Shown here piece after piece: positions 27,201-39,200 of a stretch of DNA of 55,561 nucleotides (position 1 is the stretch's first letter; every line of letters starts with the position of its first letter). The notes beneath the pieces are model-generated. The model was not told where the DNA came from and ran no database searches. It saw nothing but the letters and a program-made list of their open reading frames with translations. A program made the position numbers and the translations under genes. The DNA comes from Hydrolagus affinis (taxonomy: Eukaryota), in the NCBI GenBank assembly GCA_012026655.1, contig JAAILG010002328.1, positions 1 through 55,561 of the forward strand, read 5' to 3'.

Positions 27201-30200
27201 TTTGGGAAGGTTGATCAGGATTTTGGAAGGTTAAAAAGATAATTAGAAAACTTGTTGGATTTCAATTGTTGTGTTGTGAGCTTGATGAGAAAATCTCAAG
27301 TACCTTGCTGGTGTTCAGAACTAATAAATTTGCGAGTGCAGCATTGTCAGATTTTTAATTAAATTATTTCAACAATTCTCCTGACTCAGATTTATATTTC
27401 GTAGAACTTTTGTAACTGCAGAGGCATGTCTGCACCAGTATGAATAAGAAGTTCTGGACCCAGAGTGCAGTTTAAGAAATTCAATTAGTAAACAAAGAAC
27501 CTTCTTTGTTATTCATATTGTCTGTGGTTTGTGGAAAATGGCATTAAAATATTACAGCCCGGACTATAGATCTCCTTTCTGCTTACTCATGCAGCCAACG
27601 CATTCAATTTGAAATGATTTTAATGACTAAAGTATAATTTGTCTTCCAGAGAAAAGAAAATGTCTCGAGCCAGTGCCTTGAAGGTTTTGGACCATGCCGT
27701 GATTGGTCCCGAAGGATCTGATAATTGCCACAAGTTTGTGGATATCCTCGGACTAAGGACAATATTCCCTCTCTTCATGAAAACACCGAAGAAAATGAAG
27801 AAAGCTGGTATGACAGAAAAAGAACATGAAGGTAAACTGTGAGATACTTAGATACACAGATGTGTATCTAAATGTCTCAAAGCGCTTCACAAACTATACT
27901 GTAAAGTGAATCGACTGTATGTTTTTGTGGGCGAAACACGGCAGCCAATTGCGCACATGAATGTCCCACAAACAGTTGTGGATTCAGGTGGTCAAATTAT
28001 CATTGTTTTGGGGAGAAATCTATATTCAAGTCCACTCCTAGAATAAATTTACGAATGAATCTTCTAAATAAGCTTCTCTTGTGGCACCGGTTGCTCAACA
28101 GATCCAGTTTGCTAACATGTCAAAAGCTCCAGTGCTATTCTTGCACAAAAATAAAATGAGATCAGTATTTAGCTCTTTGAGGTTAGTCGTTGCTATAGTT
28201 TCTTCTTGTACAAGTGTATTTTAAGATTACATTTTTGTGGGCAATGAAACTTTTTGCTTTTAAATTAACGAGTTTTCTTTTCTTCGGGTCTCTGGTTTTG
28301 AAATTCAGGACGTGTGTCCTGGTGTGCATCTGCCCATTAAAATGTGAGCCAGAATCGTTACAGTATAATGTTCTGGTGTGATTTCCTCAGGCCCCATACC
28401 ATTGCTACTGCTGTCACAGAAGAGCAGCAGATAAATCTGTATTCGGAAGGAGTTGGCTTGAAAAGTTGAGACAAATCTAATTAGAGTTTGTTAAACAAGG
28501 CTGAAAATTGATCAAAGCCTTCCCACCGGATAGGATAAAGCAATGGATGTTTTCAGACCATCCTCATCTGCTTTTAGCAAGCACGCATGGCTTTAATCAG
28601 AAAAGGTTCAGAAGTGGAATGCTAAAGAAGTTCCATTACTGATTGATTATAAGCTTTGAAAGTTATTTTTCTTAGCTGCTGCTATGAATGTTGAGCCACT
28701 TTGTGATTTTATAACTGCAATTTTGCCTATACTGCTGTTCATTTTTCAACTCTTGAGACATTTCTCACAGGCTTTTGTTTATGTTATGAGGCATGTTTTG
28801 GTGTGGCCCGTATATAGGTTCCAACCTAATAGCAAAATTCCATTTGTATAGTGCCTTTCATGTCGGGAGGACATCCAAAGGCATTGGAGAGTCAGTGTTT
28901 CGAAACCGAGCTGGGATCAGGACGAGGGGAAACAGATGGCATGATTGTAGAGGAGGGTCTTGAGGCTGGATTTGAAGGAGGCTAGGAAGGGGGCTAGGCA
29001 GAGGGATTGCCTGTGTTTGCCTCTGCGAAAACTTCTTTTGAAATTTTCAATCCAAAGATATGAAATCTGATGCATTTCCAGTGGCTGGTACATTTTTGAA
29101 TCCATTAATCCTTCCACCTCGCTAAATAAAATATCTTACATTGGTTATTCCATCTTCAAAACATTCTGCACAGAATAGTCTTAGAGATGCTGCTTCGGAA
29201 GAACTGTAGCACTCTGCATTTTGTGGTTGTTACGCCAAATCTACATTGAAATAACACTAATGTAAAACAGAGTTGGATTACATTGGGTAATGTTGTGCTT
29301 GTTTCCTTATTATTCTCCAATTCTGTGATCTGTTTCATGGGTTGTGAAATGATAATGATCTTTATATTTTGGATAGCTCCATTCACATAGAGAGGATGCC
29401 CAATGTGCTTTGCAGAATATACTGTAAAGTATAGTGACTGTGTGTTTTGTGGGTGAATGTGGCAACCAATTTGTGTACAGCAATGCCATACAAGCAGCCT
29501 TGAAGTGAATGACCAATTTCATTTGGGGGAATATTGGCCAGGACACCGAGAGAGAAGACACACCCTTCTCTTTTCAAATAGTGCAATGGGATCTTTAACA
29601 TCCACCTAAGTAGTCAGACCTAAGTTTACCTAAGTGAACATCTCATATGAAGGCTGACACCCATGCCCAAGCATTACATTGGAGGTCCTGATGTGGGGCT
29701 TGAACCCACAGCCTTCTGACTCCGAGGTGAGAATGCTACCATTAAGCCAGGCTGACACATATACAATTAGTAATAATAATTATGCGCATCTGTAATTTTC
29801 TCTGCCTTTTAAACAACTCATGTAATACACACTGTTTAATAAACTCTTTACATTCCAGACAAATGGAAAATTCCACGCTTATGTGACAAAAATATGAAGT
29901 TCTGAGGCTGGTTTGGATATTCTTTAAGCAGGGTGGCAGGTTTCCATCCATGTCAGAAATCCAGCTACCACAACACAAAACTACTATTTGTGAAAATACA
30001 GAGAAATAGGTTGATATCTTTATGGAGTGTGTTAAGCTAGAAAACCTGGCAAACTGTTTTATTTTTAATGTAATGCGCTTCCTTTATGAAATAACGGTTT
30101 GGACAAAGAGTACCTTTCCTCTCTCTTTCTCTCTCACTCAAAAGCTCATGTTGAAAGCTCATAGAAATGTAGCATTTTTGGCTGGTGTTTTTGTTAGGAG

Positions 30201-33200
30201 ACTTGCTTTGTGTGTGATTGTAATTCCCAGATAGCAGATTATTGGATATTTAAAGCTACAGTCAAAACAACAAGATATTCATTTTTCTAAACAGTTATTT
30301 GGGAAGCAGCTTGGAGTAATGATGGAGGGATTGAAGAGAGGGGAGAAAAATCCTAATTGATACTGAAGATAGTGGGTACATGAAAATGTTCCTTGGACAG
30401 ATGGATGCAACAGTTTCTGTAATTATTTTCAACTTGGACTTTTTGATCTCCTTAGTTTCCACATGAATTTCAGGGCAACTTCTGGCAAAAAAAAGTAAGA
30501 AAAGTGCATGCCGCCTCTCAAGCTGTATTTGCATGTAGGAATCGTAAAGTGAAACGGCCCTCATATAAATTCATATAATTTACATTTATATGAAATAAAA
30601 CAGCATGGAAAATTTCACTGTCAGCTTTTTGTGCATCTGTGCTTTGATGAATATTGATGGGCACCAGCATTTATTAAGCTTTTAGGAGATGAAAAGATAC
30701 CTTGGTTGATGGACAGGGATTGCTGCACAGAGTTGGGGTCTTACAAGGCCAGACACTTTTGCTTTCGAATTTCATTTCTGTGGCTCTGGAATTATTAGGT
30801 TCTGTTTACTGTACGATAGATCAAAAGATCAGATTTCGCAACTGGGTAGAAAGTGCTGTAAGAAAGACTGGATGATCGGAGACCAAAATATGCTTATGGT
30901 GAAATGGGGCATTTGAAGCTTTAAGTTTTAGCTTTTGGAGTTTTGTCACATTTTAAGTTCTCTTCCGTGACAAATTAATCTGGAAATAGTTTCTTGGCAT
31001 AGTAATGATCTGTGGTAAATTAATGGTGTTGTATAGTACATATCTTGGAAATCCTCATCCATGACTTGTCTCTTGGCATAGTAATGATCTGTGGATTTTG
31101 TGTATGGTGCACACTATACATATCCAGGAATCCTATCAATTGTTCCTCTTCTGGTTAATGTATCCATGATTGTTTGAATGGCTATGAATTTCTTTTGTTT
31201 TCATGCACTAATGCTATGGATTTCTGCCCGTTACTGTTGATAGACAAGCTGTTTATTTGAAGAGGAAATTCTTTGGATTCATTTATTCTAGTGGGAGAAA
31301 TCTGCCCACAAGGTGGCTTCTCTCAACCTACAGCTATTATTTTTGTTGCATTTGCAAGGCCAAGCTCTGGTTATGTTTCCAAGGATCCTCTCTTGCTCGT
31401 GAGGTTCACTAACTGAATATTAGGTCCACAACTCAGCTCAAATCAAAATTAAATAAATTCTGTGCATCCGATATAGCACTTTCCAATTTTTTATTGTTTT
31501 GAGTTTTATTCTATATTATCTATAAATTAAACAACAACTTGAATTTATACAGCACCCTTCAGTATTAATTTCACCTTTTAACACAAGAAATGCAGGAGTT
31601 TCATTTTTAAAATCCAGAAAGCAGTGAATCTTAATTCTTGCATTGTTGCAATCACAAGCAGAAGCTCAGCTGTTAGTTTATTTCAAGTCTGAATTTATTT
31701 GTTCCAATGTAACAAACCTAGCCTAAGAAACAATAATCAACCATTTATAAACCTTAGGAAAACTTGCTGTTTGTAGAAGATTGTGACTTTCTTTCTTGAC
31801 CCTTCCAATGCAAGGCATGTTCAAGACCATCGGTTTCAATGTATGTAAAGGTTGACATTAATTTGATAATATCTAAATAGAATATCTTGCCGTCTACTTC
31901 CATTGGTACATAAAAGTGAATGTTATTGCATTTGGGGCGTTATTTAGGAAGCATTTAAGTTCATTCAGGGATACAAAATTCCCACTAAAATATAATATTT
32001 GAGGAAAGTGGAATGATAGATAGTATTGGTTTTAGTCAAACACTGATATAATTTATGTGTTGCATTGTTATGTTTCTTTCCTTGTCTTCATGACAGAACA
32101 AAAGCAGCTTAAAAATAAACATTACCTGTTGTCAGATGATTATATTTCCTATTAAATCTTTGCGATTTGTTTTACACACACAAGTTAATGGACATATCGG
32201 GCTACTTTTCAATTCATCTTTTCGATATTTATTTCACCATTTACAGCTAAACACGGGATTACGGCCTATATTTATTTTGTGTTGGTTCACTGCCAACACT
32301 GTCGGTTGACGATACATTCTATGTCTAGATGTAAAACCTCCATATGTTTTCGAAGCTACCAACATTCAGTACTTGACATGTCTTAACAATGATGGGGCCT
32401 GCTGGATGCCTTTCAACTTATTGATGGAATATTTTCTGTATTGGAGCATTTTAAGAAGATGCCATTATTATTTATTGCATAGATGACTAAATTCATGATA
32501 ATGACTATTTACTTTTAGTTTGATCTTTCTCAGCACCTATAAATGTCATGACATCATAAGCTTGCAGTAATTTATTCAGAACGTATGAGTATCATACATT
32601 TTTAAAGGAACTGTTCAATATTTTAAACTAAAATGTAGATAAATTATGATTTTTCCATCTCAATAATTTGGCTCAGAGGCCTTTTGATTTTATAGTGCAC
32701 TGATTCATAAAGTAGCTTGATGCAGTTTAAACAAAAAGAAAGCTGTTGCCAATTTCACCTTTTCAGGAATCTTGGAGTTGGGTAAGAACCAGCTATCCTT
32801 AATTTAGTTTGGGGAGAGGGTTTGAGGAATTACTATAAAATCATTTTCATTCACATGGGTTAAAGCCAAACTTGTAACGCAGGTTTTGGGGAGTTTTTTA
32901 TTTGATCTGTTTCTCTAGAGTTCTATGGTACTGAATTATTCCAGCTGTTTAAACACTTGGAAACAAAACCTGGTGCCTTAGCTGTAAACTCATTCTATCC
33001 CCTTTCCTATCACCAGTAATGAAACAAGGATAATTCATTGCTCAGATGAGATATTTGGGATTTTTTTCAGTTCTTTAGCAAAATGTTCAGATCACCCATG
33101 TTTAGTTTCCTATCCTGGAGTATTGGTGATTAATATACTAATAATGATGATATTATTTTCTCATTGTAGAGCATGTTTGTTCTATCCTGTCATCCATGCT

Positions 33201-36200
33201 ACGGAACTTGAAGGGACAGCAGCGAACTCGGCTACTCAACAAATTCACTGAAAACGACTGTGAAAAGGTAAAGGCATGTCTGTCTGTCTTTCCAGACTAT
33301 GGTTAATCGCTGGGTGGAATTGCTGTATTGATTCACAGCTGAAAAATATGCATTACTGATAATCTGTCCTTCGCTTGGGCTTGCATTTATATATTGCCTG
33401 AGTAGGATTGCTGTATTGGTTCATCTCCTGATCTGTTGATTCTGATTAAATGTGATCCATCCAGGTGCATCCTTAATACATTGAATTGCAGCTGTGTACT
33501 GTTTGACAGTAGATCAAAATTTCTACATCATATAGAGGCGGGAGGGGTGGGGGGGTATGGGGGGAAGCAAGCACCAGCATTTTATAGTCTGTTATCACTT
33601 CAAAACATTTCACAATAATTATTGTCAACTGTCATAACTGATTTTGAAGCAAAAAAACAGAAACTTATGTACGCAAAAAAAGTGAAAGGTGTTAATGTTT
33701 GCATTTGATACACCGCCTTATTACTCTTTTTTTCTGTTCGTATAATTTTGTTATTATTCAGCCATTCGACAACATCCCAGTGGTTAGTCGATTGGCGGAT
33801 CACTTTTCTGGGGGATAATAATTCCGTTAAAAAAATTGGTCACTTCAATCCACGACTGTTTGTGGGACACTGCTGTGTGCAATTGGCTGCCACGTTTTAC
33901 CCACAAAGTATACAGTCAATTCACTTTACAGTACGTTCTTTGAAGGGCTTTGAGATGTCTCAAAGACATGGTAAGGTGCTACATCAAATGCAAGACTTAT
34001 TGTAATTAATGTCATGGTTTCAGTGACATGCATAAGCAAGTGGAATCATGGTTTAACACCTCTTGTTAGTGCAGATGTATTGCTGTATTCTGTTTCACTG
34101 AATGATCCCAACACTTCATTGATTCATTGCTCAATCCAGTATACATTATTTAGTAGTTGTATGTTTTTGGAAATCTTATAATATTTGTGGATGGCCATTG
34201 CCTTAATGCTAGTTTTGAGGTATATTTTGTGCTAAAAGATGGAAGCTCGCCGAGATTTCTGTATAGGGTTAACCAATTTTTGTTTGCGTATCTACTGCAA
34301 CGCACACAAAACTGGATCATAAATACAAAAATCTTTGCCTTTTGATATACTGTTTTATCTGATTATCACAATGACTCAAAGTGCCTTAAGGATTTGCTCT
34401 AAAATTAGTGCCTTAAATTTACTCTAAATATTTGTCGGGTATGCTGCCTATTGTACATTAATACCACCAGATGAGCTTGGTTTAGGTCATGGGATTCTTT
34501 TTTTCTCTTCTTAGTAGTCATGAATCCTCTTTACCCTTCCCCACCCAGAAACTAAGACAGCCCCGATCCATTGAATAAAAAGGGATATCTCATGAATATT
34601 CTGAAGGATTGATTTTTCTTATATGACAATATAATGCTTCACTGAAACTGCATTTATTGCCCCGTTTCTTGCAGAGCATCACATCATGCAAACTTGTGCA
34701 CCACAATATAGCCTTCTCGCTACTGAGAGATGCTTACACTGATGGCTACATAAATTCTAGGCTGTAAAGTCTGGTTCTGTGACACAGTTTGCGTTTAGCA
34801 ACGAGATACTGTCGGCGATGGAGCTGCCAGCCTCTGCTTGGTTTGTGGTTAATGGTTGTTTGTGTTTCCCACAGGTCGACCGACTGATGGAGCTGCATTT
34901 TAAGTACCTGGAAGCCGTGCAGGTGGCTGACAAAAAGATTGAAGGAGAAAAGCATGTAGGCATCACTTAAAAACCCTGAACAGCCTGGGTTTCTGTGCCT
35001 ATTTAATGCTTGTATTTAGCAGAGAAGCTTGCATGTATTCTGCATTGTTGAAGGATTTAGAGATGCAGGTTTGGGGGGAATTGGGATGTCAAAATAAATT
35101 GTGCTAAAACTTTCCTATCTTTTTTAAAAGGTAAATATGTAGAGCTGTGAGAAGAAGGTCAGATCACAGTTGATAATTCGTAACTAAAATGCATTGCGGG
35201 CAACTCAGTCCTGCCATGTATCAGATAATAATTTTGAATTGAGCTGTTCAAATAATGTGTGCGCGGGCAGTATAGTTACTGATTCCTTGCACAGTGTAAG
35301 GAGGGAGCTGTAGCAATGAAAGATCATTGCTTTATTGTCTGAATGCAAAATGCCTTGAAGGAGGAAGAAAGCTTGGGGGAATAGTTCAACTACCAAGTAC
35401 TTTCTACATATATTTTTTGAAATCTTCAATTCATTGACATATGTTCCCTCCTGGAGAGAATCAGTATGTTGGATCCTCTCCACAGTTCAGCTTTATCTGG
35501 CATTGATGTTTACAGTAAAAAAAAGAGTTCCATTCTTTAATGTGGTGTATTTAATTTGAAAAGTATTAATATACCAATATGTGGGGAGCTAAACTGGGCA
35601 AGAATAGTACTGTACTGCATGAGTACTCAACTAGCATTAGTTTCTTAGCTCACATGCCTTTGCATTGCTTCTGCAGTTGTGCGGATGACTTGCTTCCATA
35701 TTGGTGACCATAGTGCTCCAGGTTAAAGTGCTCTGGCCATTAAACGACTGAATTGACTGAATACACTGGGGGCCAAAGATTAACAATTTGATGACTCATT
35801 CTACCATCTTACAAATATATTCCTTTTTCTTAACAAAAAACTTAGTGGTGTAGTTTATACTGGAGGCACCTCTCAGAGATGTTCCTTCAACATATCTTCA
35901 CCTGCAGGAATGAGATTGTGAACTAGTACTTCCTAATTGAAATTGCTTATCTTAGCTCATTGGCTGTCTTTTATGGAATAGCAAAGTCATTGCCTTTGCA
36001 AAGAGGTTGCTATTAGATTTGAGTGTTACTCTTTAAGGTGGAGGGGAGGTTTCTCTGATGCAATGCATGTTCTCAATGTGAGGTTTCCACTTCAAAGTAG
36101 TATAATGCAGTAAAAACCTGTTTATCCGGCACCCTCGGGAACTATCCAAAGCCAGTTAAATGACGGGCTGGATATTCGGGCTGGATATTCGGGCGGATCC

Positions 36201-39200
36201 GACGCCGAAAACCCAACACAATTTTTTTTAACTTATTTTAAGACATACCATACTAATAAAGACTAAATAATGACATAATAACAGATGTTTGTTATTCACC
36301 TAAAAATTCACCTGAAAATCACCTTTGCTGGTAGATGCCTGGTTTGAAATCATGATGCTGGGGTAGAGGTGTACAGTCTATCTTCTGGCCGACGCAAGGA
36401 AAAAAAATAGCAGCACGACTTTAAAGCTCTACTAGCGGCAAGCTGAAATCCGATGCGAGGGAAAAAAACGGCAGCGCCACCTTCAGACATTAATAGCTGC
36501 ATTCCGAAATACCAATACGCGGGGAAAAAAAATGCGCCACCGTGTTTGTGCTGGATAAGATCCGGTTATTCTAATGGGGACCTTTTTTTTTAGAGGTGGC
36601 AGTTATATGGAAGTTACGGTTGATCGGGTCATGGATAAACAGGCTTTTATTGTAGTTCTTTCTGACTATTGATTTCAGTTGAGTTCAATCATAGAAATGT
36701 ATAATGCACCAAGGCTACAATAATGGATATTAGAGGCTCAGTTGCATGGCTATAATCACAAGGTACTCAGGTCTCCCAAAGTATCAGATTAAGCAGATCC
36801 GGTACCATCTGACAATCCCTACAAAAAGCATTTGATGATAGCATTGAGTGGAGTTGAGAAAATTGATGCATTAGAGTAGAGTATGTATTTAAGTTTCTGG
36901 TCAAGTTCCAGTATCGTTTTAAGATCTGCTGAGAGATGTACACTCTTAGAAGTTAATGCTCAGTTTTATGATCTCTTCTAAGGTGACTTTACCTGGAAAT
37001 TGAGACTGTTTAGGGCACAGCCATCGATAGTGCTGCAGTCAACTGTACTGAATATCGGTCAGTTTTTCAAGTAGACTTTGATAGAGAACAAAACCAAACC
37101 TTTCTCTTTACCTCGTTCATGTTTTCACCATTTTAAGAGGGCAGGTCTGTTTGAGAGCATAGGCGGAGGGGCATATTTATGAAGTTAAACTAGCATTAAG
37201 TTATTTCTTGGTTTTGTTATTTAATATACTATATGGTGTTTCAAAATTTTGTAAGCTCAAAAACAACCTTGTTTTTTCAGGACATGGTCCGTCAAGGGGA
37301 AATAATTGATGACGATATGGAAGATGAATTTTACCTAAGGCGCTTGGATGCTGGTCTCTTTGTCCTTCAGCTGGTTTGCTACATTATGGTAGAGATTTGC
37401 AATGCGAATATCCCTCAGGTAATTAAGAATCGTTTCTGTAATGTTAAGGCAGTTCTCTCCCTGGGTACGTTTATGAGGCCAGTATTTTATTAGTCTAAAA
37501 GAAACGAAGTTATCTGCAAAGAAAATAGACTGCAATGGTTCTTTTAATACGTGAATTATGTAAGAATTGAGTAGAAATATAGTCGAACAACTTCATTTGA
37601 ACTTAATAATCTCTTAAAAAGGAAATAAATAAACCTTGCATGTGATATAGCGCTTGTCACGTCTTCTAGATGTCTCAAAGAGCTTCACAGAATATACTGT
37701 AAAGTGAGTTGACTATATTTGTAGGCGAAACATGGCAACGGTTGTTGTAAATCAGAAGATTAGTTCCTATAAAGAAAACATTTTTTCCTCTTATTTGAAT
37801 TAACAAGTTATCATATGCTCTTGGGAGTAGAGATTTGGAACAGCATTCTGGCCAAGGATAACGTGATTGTTTCATTAGTTGTGACCTTTGTTGGATTTCC
37901 TAACTTTGTGCGTTGTTGGAGCTCATGCACTCAAATGATGCTCCTTCCTACACTTTTGCTTTCCCTTACTCTCCATAGTGTTCATCCCATATTCAACATT
38001 AATCACATCCACAGTGATTACTAGTTTCCAACATTGTGTCACAAGTTTCTGTCCTGAATTTCATATTACCATTATAAAATAGAACTAGTCCACGTACCTC
38101 ATAATTAACATTAATTACCGTGTAAGATTTCCTGGGCAGTTTGCCTAAGGTTGGGAACCCAAATGCTTTTCTTTTAGTGGAACATTGTACAAATCTCTAC
38201 AAATAAAGGAGAAGAATACATGATTACATAGCTTAGTTTTTCTTTTCCCTATGGAAATGCAGCTGATTTTGTTGCCTCCCTAAGGTTAGTCAGCTTCAAA
38301 AAACTAACCAAATTGTTTGTGAATAATTCCCTGATTGCCAAGTAAATAAAGTTTGGAAAATGTAATTGTGGTTTTGGGGGGAATGAATGACCAGTGACAA
38401 AAAAGTGTAACGGTTCCTTTTTATTACATTGTCTTTGGACTGTATGGACTGATCTTGTGATATGCGTTCTCATTGTTTGTTTATTTAGATATTAGTTGTG
38501 CTAATATATTGCAGCTGGAGTCCAACAGGCAAAACAGAGATCACCTAGAGTCATAGTTTACATGTGATTAACTCTGTCTTTAAACTTTTGAGTAGAAATG
38601 GTACAGCGTTCCAGGTGGCAACACACTCTATCAGGAAATCCACAGGCAAGAAAAGTGATGTGTATAAATTTGCTGCCAGTGTTCTGTGCAGACCTTTTGA
38701 ATTAATAAAGAGTTTTTGTAGCAGCTCATAATTTACTCAGCTGAAACCCCGATTTGAAATGTGGGAGGTGTTGTTGACTTGTAGTTTAAAGTGATCTGAA
38801 GTTCTAATGGTTCTACTTGTTCTGTCTTAAAATGAGAATAAAGGAAGATAAAATTGCTTCTCGACTCTAAATTTTAAATTGTCATGTATCCTAGATTATG
38901 TATTCCCATTAGTGGAGAAAGACGAATAATGCTCAGAGGCAAAGGGAAACAAACTTGTGTAGTAGAATTAAGCAATGTACACTTATTGAAAAATAGTGCA
39001 GAAAGATTTCCTTTTGGGACTTCATTTCTTTAGCTCATTAATGTGTATAGAGAGGGGCATCATTTGAAAATCAGATCTTCTACACTCTGGATACCATCTG
39101 TGCATGTATGCAAGTCCATTTTGGTTTCTGATTACTGCTGCATTCATACTGCATAATTTGCCCCCAAATGTGCAGTTTAAACGTAGGTTGGGTCGTCGTT

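Noticed and set aside
30992-31094. Two identical 24-mers with a spacer (CRISPR-like or snoRNA-like look)
   Set aside because: Only two units, the intervening sequences are themselves related, the context is eukaryotic, and no C/D boxes are present; it is a tandem duplication.
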